Shown here piece after piece: positions 26,218 through 40,154 of a DNA stretch of 64,000 nucleotides. Within the stretch, counting starts at the first letter, position 1. Each line of letters begins with the position of its first letter. The position numbers and the translations under genes are program-made. Source of the DNA: Euprymna scolopes (lineage: Eukaryota). The notes under the pieces were generated by a model. It had not been told where the DNA came from. It did not search any database and was given only the letters and a program-made list of their open reading frames with translations. The stretch lies in assembly GCA_053919585.1 (NCBI GenBank), contig CM132803.1; one strand, written 5' to 3'.

Positions 26218-26607
26218 TCTTTCTTTCTCACAGATACCAGCACATGCAAAACAAAATAATTTAATCTGAAGAGATTTTTATTACAGAAATTTTGGGCAGT
26301 CATAAAAATAAATTGAATTAACAGCTATTATTTTATATTTAACTTAATTATTTTATAGGTAATCAATTTAACATTTTAAATGTGAAGCAATATTAAAAGG
26401 AGAGTTTCCTTATATAGGCTTTAACCAGTACAATATGATCTAACAAAATACTAGTTGGAATTTTGATTTTAACATTAATAAATTAAAAAAAATTAATTCA
26501 AGTGTAGAAAAATGATGTTTAATATCTTCATTAATATATTTTTAAAGGTATCCTAGACTCATTTTGCAAATACTGTTCTGTCTTATATTTCAGGAAATCA
26601 CAGAAAA

Positions 26608-29079
26608 ATGATGACACAGGAATTCCTATTGATAATCAAAAGTATGTTGCTACAAATGTGTCTCTTAATTTATTGTGTAGACTTTTCTTACTGTGTTGAC
26701 CTGACTTTCAAAGTAGAAGAAGGTAAAAGTCCTGGCACTTACCTTGGAGACATTGCTGCCGATTCTAATGTGATGGATGATGTGGCCATACAAGATCAAA
26801 ATCTCATTGCATTCAGTCTTATGGAACAGGATGGAACAAGCAGTTCTCCATTATTCCGGATTTCTAAAAATACAGGAAAACTCTATACAGCACAAACATT
26901 GGATGCTGAATCTCTGTGTACTTATGGAAAAGAATGTTTCTTAATGGTTGATGTTGCGGTTCAAAAATCTAAAAGAATTATGAAGATTTTAGAAATCAAA
27001 GTAATAATTGAAGATGTAAATGATCATCAACCAGAATTTCCGGATAAACAAGTTAATATTGAGTTTGATGAAGATGATGGCAAAGGAGTGAAACGTATGA
27101 TCTCAAATGCAATAGATAAAGATATTGGACGCATTAATTCTCAGATTACATACGAGTTAAAAAAATATAAAAATGAACCATTTGATTTATCAGTCTCTAA
27201 AAATGTGGACGGAACAGCTGATCTTTACATTATTCTGAAAGAAAGATTAGATAGAGAAGTGAAAGAAAGCTACATGGTAAAAGTTATTGCTAAAGATGGC
27301 GGATCTCCTTCTAAACAAAGTATTTTAGATGTTCACATTTCAGTTACAGATATGAATGATAATCCTCCTGTCTTTTCACAAAATCTTTATAATGTCACAA
27401 TCAAAAATGAACCAAGTGAAACTTCTTCAATTGCAACTTTATCTGCCACAGATTTAGATTCTGGTAAAAATGGAAGAGTCACTTATCATTTCAGTACAAA
27501 AACATCGGATGTTGCTAAAAGTCATTTTAAATTAAATCAACAAACTGGACAGATTTTCTTAGAAAAGAAATTTACATTGAATAATATATTAATACATAAT
27601 TTGTATGTTGAAGCACAAGATCAAGGAAATCCTCCATTAACAGCAAAGTCAATGGTATTAGTCAATGTGAACAACCAACAGAATAACCCTCCAATGATTC
27701 ATCTCAAGTTCCTGTCAGCATCTGGAAAAGATTCAACATCAGTTTCTGAAAACATTGAGGTGGGAAGTTCTATTGCATATGTAAAAGTGACTGATCATGA
27801 TGTTGGACAAAATGGAGAAGTGAGTTGCAATCTGCATTATGATAAATTTAAACTACAAAGTCTCGACACTAAGAAATACCAAGTAATTGTGAAAAAAGCA
27901 TTGGATAGAGAAAGAGAGGCAAAGCATGAAATTATCATCAGCTGTCAAGATAAAGGATCTCCTCCACTGCAAAGTAAGAGTAAGTTCTCCATCAAAGTCA
28001 CCGATGTGAATGATGTAAGGCCACAGTTCTCTATGGAGACATTTAAGTTCTTGATTGAAGAGAATGAGAAGTCGAGATTTTCTGTTGGCTTCATCAATGC
28101 AACAGACCCAGACCTGGGAGTTGGAGGGAAACTCACCTATTCTCTGCTCACAAATAACAAACAGTTTTTACCTTTCAAAATCAAAGATGATGGCATGATT
28201 TCAGCCATTATGTCACTGGATCATGAGTTTCAAAACATTTACAAGTTTCAAGTATTTGTGAAAGATAATGGAATCCCATCTCTCAATAATACAGTCAACG
28301 TCATTGTTGAAGTGACTGATAAAAATGATAATGCTCCGTATTTTACATTTCCCAGTGTCAATCCTTATAACATGGATGTTGTATATTACCAGCATCATTC
28401 AAAGAACATCACTTGTGTAAAGGCAGCTGATGGAGATAGTCAAGAGAATGCATTTCTAAAATATGAAATAATCAGAGGCAATGACAAGCAGATGTTCACC
28501 ATCAACCAGTACACTGGTTTGTTAACTTTCAATCGGGTGCTTGCGCAACAAGATGCTGGTTCCTATGAGCTAGTATTTGTTGTCAAGGATAGTGGTAGCC
28601 CAGTTCTATCAGCAACAACTAGTATGTTTTTCACTGTCACTGTAAGCAACAAGACATCAGAAATGCTAAGTGCCGTTCATACAATCACTGAAGATAAAGT
28701 TGATCTTACATCAGTCATTATTATTACAGTTGTAGCAGTGACCGTAGCAGTCATCATTACTGCTTCAATCTCGGTATGTATCATTCGCTGTAATGATCAG
28801 AGAAATGTCACATATGCCCATGCAATGGCACCAGCCAATGTGGGTGTTGTTGGTCCAAGTGGCAGATATATGAGTGATCAGAGACATTTGATGTGTCCTT
28901 CAAAGCAGGGAATATCTTGGCCAACTGCTGTCAATGTAAACAAAAGCCAAGCAGATAAAATAAGAAGTGCACATATTAACCAAACCAACAGAGAATCTAA
29001 TCCTCTTGAAAAGCTTCCCAGTCAGCAACAAAGATCAGCTTCCTTACCTCATACTGAAACAAATTACAATGAACAACAG
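26608..29079 (+). CDS. Protocadherin P3 large exon
   Basis: Acceptor at 26593; 6 EC plus TM; donor CAG|GTAAGT at 29079. Confidence 0.95.
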
Positions 29080-30586
29080 GTAAGTCTTAACCTCTGTTTA
29101 CATTATTTTTTATGATAATTCTTTATAAAGAATGTCAAAGTTTTAGTTTCATGTTTACAAGAAACTTATGAATGAAATGTTTCTTATTTTAAATTTCGAT
29201 ATCAAGTGAAACAATAATGAGCTGGCAAATCCATTTAATATTACACAAAAAATATGCCCATATTATGCTCGTGGTAATGTTGGAAAAGAATATATCAGCT
29301 TTGGAATGTGTGTTGTGTGGTTTCTGCCTTAGCTGTACACACACACACACAGATAACTACTCTTTTATATAATCGACTAATACGGTTATCTGGGAACATA
29401 AACAACAAAATAGAAAAGTTAAAAAGCATGTGCAACATCCTTCTATTAAATCCTCTGTTTTTCTGCTCTTCTCCTTTCAATATCCTCCTTTTCTCTCTCA
29501 CCCCGTATCACGTTTTCTCTGACAAATTGATGAATTATTACATAATATTAAAATTTGTCCTAACCGTACATGACCTCCACTGGCTTATTCTAATAACCCT
29601 CAGAAGAATGAATATTAAAAGAAATGTGCCTATACTTTACCCAAGGCAATAATGAAAAACAAAAATACAATATACTTTTAAAATTGTTTTTAATTTTCTT
29701 TTTATTTATCAGATAGTTACATAATACAAAACAGTGGGAGTTTTCCCTTTTTTCTTAGCATATTTTATAGTTTAGATTTTTTTTTCACCCTAAATTAAAA
29801 TATAACAATTTTTTTATAGGTCTAGAGTGTGGATTTGTAGATTCAAGTAATTAACAACTAGCTTACTTGAAAAATGTTTGCTACTTCAAATATTTGAAAT
29901 AAAAATTTTTCATAATTAAATTTTGCCATAGCTTTTTTCACATTTATTCATATAGACATAAACATTTTGTTGAATTTTTATATAAATTCATTTTTTTAAT
30001 ATGGCTGTAAAGAAAGAAATAATAAACAATATTCGTAAACAGAAATATTTATTAAATCAAAATTAAAGCAATCATTGAATAAAAATATAATAAAGAATAG
30101 TTAATGAATAAAATGCTCAGCATGAAACCGTTACTTACTTAATGAATGTGTTTCACATAAACAAATACGTTTTTATAAACTTAAAAATATTTCTATTTCA
30201 TCAATGATAACAGATTTTAGTAACAAAGGTAATATTTTCACATAAAATATGATCTTACTGCATTTGTTGATCATCTTTGGACAGATTTGTCTGTATTTGT
30301 CTTAAACATAAATACATATATAATCACCATTTAAAAATTGTCTTTTTATCATTCATTAATATTTTATAGATTTGATTTCAAAGATTCGAATTTTTATCAT
30401 TTTAATTCATCAGCTGTATAAATGTAAAAAAACAAAAATATGCTTAGAATAAAACCTTTCGATTAATATTATGAATGTTTTTTTTTTAAATTTTTTAAAT
30501 CAGCTTCACTTAACTTAATAATCATACATTTGTTTGATGTATGTTCGTAAACATTTTTATAAACTTAAAAATTCTCTACTCAGCAG

Positions 30587-30749
30587 AATGTTATTCATGA
30601 TGAAGTGGCTCTTCCAACAAGTCTCAAAAATAAGTCCCGTCAACTCAGTTCCTCTGAATATCTCAATCATTCTTCACCCAAATTATCTCGTAGTAATAGT
30701 AGATGTGGCAGAAATCAAACAAACCCAAATCAAAATGAACAAATTACAG
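30587..30749 (+). CDS. P3 cytoplasmic exon 3
   Basis: CAGCAG acceptor, g|GTAAGT donor; almost identical to P2 exon 3. Confidence 0.88.
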
Positions 30750-32950
30750 GTAAGTAAATTATTATGATCCTCATATCTTTTGTTAATTGATAATGAATTT
30801 GTTATTGTTCTTTTGGTTTTTTAATACAATTGAATTGCCATTTTTTTTTTAAATAACAATGCAATTTTCATTTTTGCAAAATTTTCTAAAAAGAAATCAT
30901 AATACTGAAATATGTATGTAGAAAATTATGAACATTATTAGTCTTTAGAAATCTATTTTAATTTCTCATCTTTTGTGTTTTGTTATCCTTTTTTGTAAAT
31001 TGAGTTTATGAAGAAAGATTTTCATTTAATTAAAACTAATTCTTTTACATTTAAATGATTTTTAGAAAAATATTTTTTTGTAGTATTCAAATCTTAAGAA
31101 ATGTAAATTTTAAATTCATTAAGTTTTCATTTAATAAAGAAATAAAAATAAATAATTTAGAATAATAAATAAACTTTTTTTGCAATATTTAATAAGATTT
31201 TTCTTTTTATTAGAAAATCATAATAAATTGTTTCAATTTAATAAATATAAGAACAAAGAAAAGTCGTATTTTCTGTCCATGGGTGTTCCAAAAGTAACCT
31301 TGAAAACTATACAGGATACACTTATAAAACTTACATATTCCAATCACATTTGGGTAAACAATTATAACCATCAGCTATGAATGAAAAATTTTACAAATTA
31401 AAAATCACATAAAAATAACATCTTAATATAAAGAGACAGTCTTAAAAATAATGGTAGACCAAAACAAAAACATTTAAGAAGCTTTATCATGAATTTGTAT
31501 GGTATTGATACCTATTTTAATACATTGTATGAACTAATATTTTTTTAAAAAAAACCAGTAATAAGAAAATGAAAGAACTAAAAATGTATAAATTATTTGA
31601 GAGAGAAACTGTTTAAAACAATATTTTGCTAAGATATCTAAATGTAACAATTAAATATTTTTAATTCATATATTTTGTTGTTATAATATTTATTAAATAA
31701 AAATATTCAAAATATTAGTAAAATTCATTTAATTTTTTAATCAATATTAAATTCATCAGGATCATCTAAAAATTAATTATTTCATGTTTAGTTTATCATA
31801 GATGGCATAACAAAGCTAATATATATTTCATTTAAGTTCCATGATTTTTTTATATAAAGTATTTTAATAAATTTGGTCAGATAGATGAGAAAAATAAACT
31901 TATAGTAGCGAATACTGCTAAAGAGTTAAATATTTTGGTTTCAATTCTAGCTAATGACATCCAAGTAATATTTTTTGTTTTACTTTTGTAATCACTACGA
32001 TATATTGGGTAAAATATAATAATCAATATAAAATTGGCTCTATAATAATAAATACAAAATTTGTATGAATTAAAATATCATACTTAGGCATATTTTATGA
32101 CCGGGTAATGCTGGGCGGTTTGTTGGTTTATTATCATAATATACATTGTGTGTATAATTATATAATTAAGGACCAGGCATTGCCCAGATGTAAACTACTT
32201 AGACGGAATTTGTTTAAATTTATAAAGCTATCAAGTTTAGTATTATGCTAGATATAACCTTGACACATTGGATCACAACAGCTATGACTATCTGTTCATT
32301 CTATATTATCCTTATGAATAATTTAAAAGTAACAAAACCTATTATTTTGATATCTAATTTACAGGTGTTCAATGAGTATGAATATGGTATGTAAATTAAA
32401 TTAAAAAACGGAGTAAGTCCTTTTCTAAATGCTCCGGAATATTGAAATATTAAAGAATGGTTGAATGAACTTGAAGTGAGATGAGGTCAAGAAATATAGA
32501 TAACTAAGTAAGAAAAAGATAGGTAACTTATTTAGTTTATTAGAAATTATGACTAATTAGAACAATTAAAACATATTTTTTCAAACATAATTCACGGTAC
32601 ATTTTAACATGTATTTTATACTATTCAAGTATATAGGAAAAAATCCACAAAAATGAACTCACATTTAGTATAATAATAATAGATTGCAGTAACTACACAC
32701 TAAATTAAATACTTTAAAGTTCTCTATAATTTTGTAATTCATAAAAGTAATTTGAATTATTTATTGCAATTTTGGTAGGTTTTCAAATTATATCTTAAAA
32801 ATGTCTAAAAAAAAACAACAAAAAAACCCCCCAAAAAACGCCAAGTTAAAGAATTTGGAAAACTGTTATTGTGATATCATAGGAATATTAGTTTAATACA
32901 TTTTTTTGTAAATATTATTTTAATAATGTTTATATTATTGCCATTTTCAG

Positions 32951-33216
32951 ATGTATACTCATCACAGTACTGCAACTCTCCATCAAAACAAAGAGGGTTG
33001 CGAGTACAAGAGACAGAGATGAGACCATTGGGACAGACTGTCAACTACCCAAGTGATACAACCATTGTGGCCAGAGGATTCTACACACCAAGCCTTTCAC
33101 AAAACAATGACAATAAAGACTCTGTGACAGAAGACAGTAACTCTTCTGATACAAGTCTCCCGTCAACAGGAAATATTTATAGAAATCCAAGACCTTTACC
33201 CCCTGTACCCCAATAA
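32951..33216 (+). CDS. P3 terminal exon 4
   Basis: ttcAG acceptor in phase 1; VYSSQYCN...RNPRPLPPVPQ*. Confidence 0.9.
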
Positions 33217-33650
33217 CATTATCTGCCTACAAAGACTTGATAGTTTTTCTTCCATTAAAATTCAAAATTAAATATTTATTTTCAATTTTTTAACAAAACT
33301 CTTGTCACAGTTTAAATTATTGATATAGTTAATTAGGCATGATTTAATATTTTGATGATGGAAAACATATTGGATATAATCAGCTTTGAACAAAAGTTTT
33401 TGTTCTATATAGAAACAAAGGAAAATTAATGACATTAAATAGAAAAAGTAATTCATCTTAAAAATAATAAGCTAGAAGTTATTCTTAAAAAAAAACTAAT
33501 TATACTAAAAATTATTTCAAGTATTAATTGTGAATAAAAAAAGAAAAACCACCATGTAGGTTTTACTTACACTGAACTTTTTTTCATCACAATAAAGGAT
33601 GCAACCTTCTGGTCCTGTTCATGGAGTGAAAGAAGAAAGCAGTCTGTAAA

Positions 33651-34008
33651 GAACAAAGGGCTAAATTCAGACATTGCATTTTGGGAGTTAAACATTTTTG
33701 TTTTGTTTTAAGATTATTTTTATGTTTTATATATACATATTTATATATTTCAAAATACAATGATATTTATTCATATTCCTTTAAAAAAATAAAACAAAAT
33801 CAATCTAATTTTTTCATGATGAATAATAGCCATTATGGAATGTAGCAGCCATTAGAAACACAACACACTCATTAGGACTGCTGTATTACATCTTACAACA
33901 GAAACATTTTTATGAATATGATTTTGGCAAATGTACACTTGCAGAATTGTTAATAAGGATGTAATTTTCCATCTTTCTTCATAATCCTCAAATTTTTCTG
34001 AAAAGAAG
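33651..34008 (+). promoter_or_regulatory. P4 promoter module and non-coding exon 1
   Basis: GAACAAAGG 33651, GCATTTTGGGAG 33676, TGTAGCAGCCATT 33841-33853, donor AAG|GTAAGA 34008/34009. Confidence 0.8.
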
Positions 34009-35875
34009 GTAAGACAATAAACCATATTTGCGTTCTTTTTGTCTAAATGATTGACGACATAAAAGATGAGATTTCATGTTTTGTTGTGCATTTCAATTGA
34101 CAAGCAACTTATTTTATTTTTTTGCATTTTGCATTGATTCTCATGAGTGTAAACTAAGCTAGTATAAGTTTTTGTTGATTAAAAAAGTATGTATAAAAAT
34201 AAAAAACATGTAAATACAAATATTTAATTAAAATAATTGTATTAATTGGTAAGTATATGAAGAGAGAATGGTAGCACACACATATATACAATATATTTAA
34301 ATGTTTACATTGTTGTTTTGCTGCGAAAAGATATTTATTTAAATCATGATTTTCTATCAAAATAATTAAGTTAATGGCTTAATGAGATTTATGATGAAAT
34401 ATGATTGCATTTGTACAACGATCAACAATATTTTGTTATTATAAATATAAATATCTGAAAAGATATTATAACATACAATTTAGTTATAGTACTAAATTAA
34501 GAGCAATTTTTCTTTCTATTAAAATGTTGGTTTCTCCTATGCCATTTACTTTTGTTGATAAATTATATGCATGAATTAGATGAAACATCTGATTTTTTTC
34601 TACATTTATTTTCTTAAAAATCATGAATTAAGAAAAAAATTATCTATTTCCATTAATAAGCATGTTTGGATGATCTAGAAACTGAAGTTCTTTGGAAATT
34701 ATGATAAAATATTATGATTAACTATTTTAAATGAACTACTGGTTGTATATGTTTGTGGTAAGAATCAGTGTTTTTCAGTGTCTGATTTGATGAACAGATT
34801 TAGTTGGTTGGAAATTTTATTGAAAACTATATTTCATTGTCACATGAAGAAAGCATAATCATACACTTCTTTTTTTATAATACTGATACAAATTATTTGA
34901 AACTGTTAAATATAAGAACATTGTTCTCTTAATGATTACTTTAAAAAAGACATTCCTGACTATTTTTTTATATATAATATTGGATGAATAAACCATTGTT
35001 ATATACAATTGAAATTGTAATTAATTTTTTCCATATTTTTTTAGTAATTTAATTATAACACTAAGATCTACTGTTATCAATGTCTTCATTCTGACAATGA
35101 AATATGAATATATCTAAATCGAAATTTTATCTTTTTAAGAAATTTTTACTGACTAAATCATTATCAAAATAATTTACTTCTGTTCAATTTACTGTTAACA
35201 TTTACAATGTTCATTTACTCAAAAATATTCCATAACATGATTCATTTTAAACAACAATAGGATTTCATAGAATTAATTCATTATAGTGGTAAATGATTTT
35301 CATAGAAGTTGTCAGTAGATTTAGTTTTTTCTTAATTGATAATTATTATTTTGAACATCTGTTAAGTTTTACAGTAATTTTCATGAATAATATTGTTGTT
35401 TTTTTTTTTTCAATCTATTTGCTTCCTAAATCAGTAACAATATTTTTCATGAATAATCATATATATGAAAATATTTTATGGCAATGAAGATTCTTTTTAA
35501 TGTTTCAGTATTATTTGCATTTAAAATATTAAAAAAGTTACTATTTTAAGAATTAAACATTAAAAAAATACTTTTCATTGTACATCAACTTTAAAACGAT
35601 TTTTCAGTTAACAGTGTAAGTTTTGTTCAAATGGTAGCAGCCTTTTAGATTCATCAATAATTAAATAATATAGAGCTAAGTTTACCAAAATGTTTTTCTA
35701 GTTTTTATTTTAGATTTAAAAGGTAGTGTCTCACAAAATAAAAGTAAATATTTTAAAGGTTTTCCTAATAAATTTGTTGCCACATTTAAAATGTTAGTTA
35801 ATGAATAATCTCAATGTCTTTATATTTCAGGACAGTAAAATCATCTTGGATATTCAAAAACAATAAAAGTAAAAA

Positions 35876-38329
35876 ATGTTTATCACAGAGATGTCATTAT
35901 CCATTTATGTATTATTCCTTATTCTGGCCATATCTAAAGGTGCAGATCTGACATTTAAAGTAGAAGAAGGCAAAAGTCCTGGCACTTACCTTGGAGACAT
36001 TGCTGCCGATTCTAATGTGATGGATGATGTGGCCATACAAGATCAAAATCTCATTGCATTCAGTCTTATGGAACAGGATGGAACAAGCAGCTCTCCATTA
36101 TTCCGGATTTCTAAAAATACAGGAAAACTTTATACAGCACAAACATTGGATGCCGAGTCACTATGTACTTCCAACAAAGAATGTTTTGTGATGGTTGATG
36201 TTGCTGTACAGAAATCTAAAAGAATAATGAAGATATTAGAAGTAAAAGTTAATGTACAAGATGTGAATGATCATCAACCAGAATTTCCTGACAAACAAGT
36301 TAACATTGAATTTTCTGAAAGGGATGCAAAAGGGACAAAATTATCGATTCCAAACGCCATTGATAAAGATGTAAGTCAGAAGAATTCCCTTATTACATAT
36401 TCTTTAAAAAAACTGAAGGAAGAACCATTTCAATTGTCAATATCTAAAAAGGTTGATGGAACATCAGACCTTAGTATAACATTAGAAAAAAGACTTGACC
36501 GAGAAGTGAAAGATTCTTTTATGATTCGAATAATTGCAAAAGATGGAGGATCTCCTCCAAAAGAAAGTATTCTCTTGGTACATATTACTGTTACTGATGT
36601 CAATGATAATCCTCCTGTTTTTTCTCAAAGCGTCTACAATGTAACAATAAAAAACAAACCAAGTGAAACTTCTTCTATTGCAACTTTATCTGCCACAGAT
36701 TTAGATTCTGGTAAAAATGGAAGAGTCACTTATCATTTCAGTACAAAAACGTCTGATGTTGCTAAAAGTCATTTTAAATTAAATCAACAAACTGGACAGA
36801 TTTTCTTAGAAAAGAAATTTACACTAAGTAATGTATTAACACATAATTTGTATGTTGAAGCTAAAGATGGAGGAATCCCACCATTAAATTCACTTGCAAT
36901 GGTTTTGGTTAATGTAATTAATCAACAAAATAACCCACCAACAATTCATCTAAAATTCCTGTCAGCATCCGGAAAAGATTCAACATCAGTTTCTGAAAAC
37001 ATTGAGGTGGGAAGTTCCATTGCATATGTAAAAGTGACTGATCATGATGTTGGACAAAATGGAGAAGTGAGTTGCAATCTGCATTATGATAAATTTAAAC
37101 TACAAAGTCTCGACACTAAGAAATACCAAGTAATTGTGAAAAAAGCATTGGATAGAGAAAGAGAGGCAAAGCATGAAATTATCATCAGCTGTCAAGATAA
37201 AGGATCTCCTCCACTGCAAAGTAAGAGTAAGTTCTCCATCAAAGTCACCGATGTGAATGATGTAAGGCCACAGTTCTCTATGGAGACATTTAAGTTCTTG
37301 ATTGAAGAGAATGAGAAGTCGAGATTTTCTGTTGGCTTCATCAATGCAACAGACCCAGACTTGGGAGTTGGAGGGAAACTCACCTATTCTCTGCTCACAA
37401 ATAACAAACAGTTTTTACCTTTCAAAATCAAAGATGATGGCATGATTTCAGCCATTATGTCACTAGATCATGAGTTTCAAAACATTTACAAGTTTCAAGT
37501 ATTTGTGAAAGATAATGGAATCCCATCTCTCAATAATACAGTCAACGTCATTGTTGAAGTGACTGATAAAAATGATAATGCTCCGTATTTTACATTTCCC
37601 AGTGTCAATCCTTATAACATGGATGTTGTATATTACCGGCATCATTCAAAGAACATCACTTGTGTAAAGGCAGCTGATGGAGATAGTCAAGAGAATGCAT
37701 TTCTAAAATATGAAATAATCAGAGGCAATGACAAGCAGATGTTCGCCATCAACCAGTACACTGGTTTGTTAACTTTCAATCGGGTGCTTGCGCAACAAGA
37801 TGCTGGTTCCTATGAGCTAGTGTTTGTTGTCAAGGATAGTGGTAGTCCAGTTCTATCAGCAACAACTAGTATGTTTTTCACTGTGACTGTAAGCAACAAG
37901 ACGTCAGAAATGCTAAGTGCCGTTCATACAATCACTGAAGATAAAGTTGATCTTACATCAGTCATTATTATTACGGTTGTAGCAGTGACCGTAGCTGTTA
38001 TCATTACTGCTTCAATCTCGGTATGTATCATTCGCTGTAATGACCAGAGAAATGTCACATATGCTCATGCAATGGCACCAGCCAATGTGGGTGTTGTTGG
38101 TCCAAGTGGCAGATATATGAGTGATCAAAGACATTTGATGTGTCCTTCAAAGCAGGGAATATCTTGGCCAACTGCTGTCAATGTAAACCAAAATCAATCA
38201 GATAAAGTAAGAAATGCACACATAAACCAAACTAACAGAGAATCTCATCCTACAGAAAAGCTTCCCAGTCAACAACAGAGATCAACCTCCCTTCCTCATA
38301 ACCAGACTTCAGCAAGTATTGAATCACGG
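35876..38329 (+). CDS. Protocadherin P4 large exon
   Basis: Acceptor at 35830; 6 EC plus TM; donor CGG|GTAAGT at 38329. Confidence 0.95.
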
Positions 38330-38821
38330 GTAAGTACTTTTTTTAAACAAATATTTTATTCATGCAATAGTTTTTTTAAAAACAAAATGTTTTAAATGGA
38401 AAGGCTCCTGGCTGAAGTAATGATGCAAAACAATTACTCTGCATCACCACTAGTGAGCTAACCCAGTTTACAAGTCTCATACTTTAACCAAAATGAAATC
38501 CTGCTAATCTACACAAGAAAAAACTCCAGAAGTTTCTACTGCTACTATAGTAATAATAAATCTGTATAATAAAAGATTTATTTATTTTTTTTTTATGTTT
38601 ATATTTAGTTTGAATTAAAGTCATTATTATCCTTATTTTATTACATTCATCAAGAATCACGAGGAAAGATATTATTGAAAATTCTTAATATTATTCAACT
38701 AATATTCATTTATTCAGTTTTTCAGTTTTAGATAAAATTCTTCAAGAACTTTTTAATGTTTTTATCTTGCATGTAATTTTTTTGGTAAATAATCATTTGA
38801 TGTTTATTTTTCTTATTATAG

Positions 38822-38984
38822 ACCCACATACAGTCTGATGCAATACCTCCAAATAGTCCTCATAATAATTCTCACCAAATGAATTCACATGAATATAGAA
38901 ACCATTCGTCATCCAAACTATCTTTAACAGACAGTGGACAAAGCAGAAGAAATCCCAATTTGAGTCAGAATCAAGAAAATTCTG
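38822..38984 (+). CDS. P4 cytoplasmic exon 3 (THIQSDAIPP...HEYRNHSSSKL...QENS)
   Basis: tatAG acceptor, g|GTATTT donor, 163 nt open frame, homologous to paralogs. Confidence 0.82.
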
Positions 38985-39369
38985 GTATTTAACACAATAT
39001 TCTCTTTATTTTTTGCTTGTTCACAAATTCATATTAATTTTTATAAAGAAAAAAGAATAAATAATTTTCTTTTTACTTTTCTAAAAAGATTCTCAATTTA
39101 TCATTAACTGAACACATAATTATCAGCCAAGATCAAGAGTTTTATTTCTAGAAAATGTGAATTAGTAAACAAAAAAGAGAAATATTTTTATCATTTTTCT
39201 AAGCAATTTTTCTGCATAAAATAAAGTAAGAGGGAATACTTTTATTAAATATTCTTTCTTTGAATAAGATATTTCATACATTATGGAATGTATTTATGTC
39301 CCTAAATAAGTAAACTGTTGGATTTATTTTATTTATTTAAATACAGAATGATTGCTTTTTAGAAAACTA

Positions 39370-40154
39370 ATCATTCAAACACAGTAGTGTTTGAATATAT
39401 GGTTAAGTGGCAGTTTTAGTCATTTAGAACTGCTTTAAAGCTTCACCACTCACTCATTTATTTTACCAAATTTCAAACAATTATTACAGCTTATAGATCA
39501 CTTTCTCAGCTATATTATGAAAAAAACAAAATTTTTTCGTTCAGTAAAACAAAAGTTATGATGAATTTTCTGGTATTCAAAATCGTAAAAATATGTAAGG
39601 AGGTGAGCGACGCTTTTTATGACTGGTTTCCACAGCAACTATGTTGCTTTAGAGACTACTATTGCTACAAATTCACTGCTGTCACAGAAAGAGAAGCAAC
39701 AAGTGAAACAGAGAATGAAAGCATGAAAGGGAGATAATTGGGGGGATTTTATTGAAAGCAGACAAGTGCCATACATTGTTATTACATATGTGTTTATGGG
39801 GGCAAGAAAAATAAGATTGAAATTAAACAAAGAACAAGTGAATTTATTGGAAGCCTGGAAAAATCATGGATTACAATAGAAAAATGCGAGCATGAAAAGT
39901 AATATGGTTAAGCTTAAACATGGAAAAGTAAAGGACTAGTTGTTAAAACTGGAAAAGCAAAGGACAAGATATTCTGGTAAAAAATATAATAAATTCATGA
40001 CTTAAAATATTGCACTATTAAGAATTTTTAAAAAAATTCGATTTATAACATTATATAATTAATTCTGAATGCTGCAATATTTTAAGTTATAAATTTATCA
40101 TATTTTTTACTAGAATATATTGTTTTTTCATGCTCGAATTTTCTATTGTAATAC
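39370..40154 (-). mobile_element. Copy 2 of the palindrome-containing element (inverted relative to 19844-20570)
   Basis: Reverse-complement similarity; internal inverted arms 39870-40027 and 40060-40154. Confidence 0.75.

Noticed and set aside
26025-26303. Short AT-rich intronic and intergenic ORFs of 60-125 aa throughout the window
   Set aside because: Low-complexity I/F/K/Y/N composition, no homology between paralogous units, no splice support
27720-28940. Pure assembly collapse as the explanation for the identical blocks
   Set aside because: Copies carry private and patchily shared SNPs (e.g. P3 YYQH, P2 APTN) and unique flanks, so collapse is unlikely to be the whole story; it is not fully excluded without long reads
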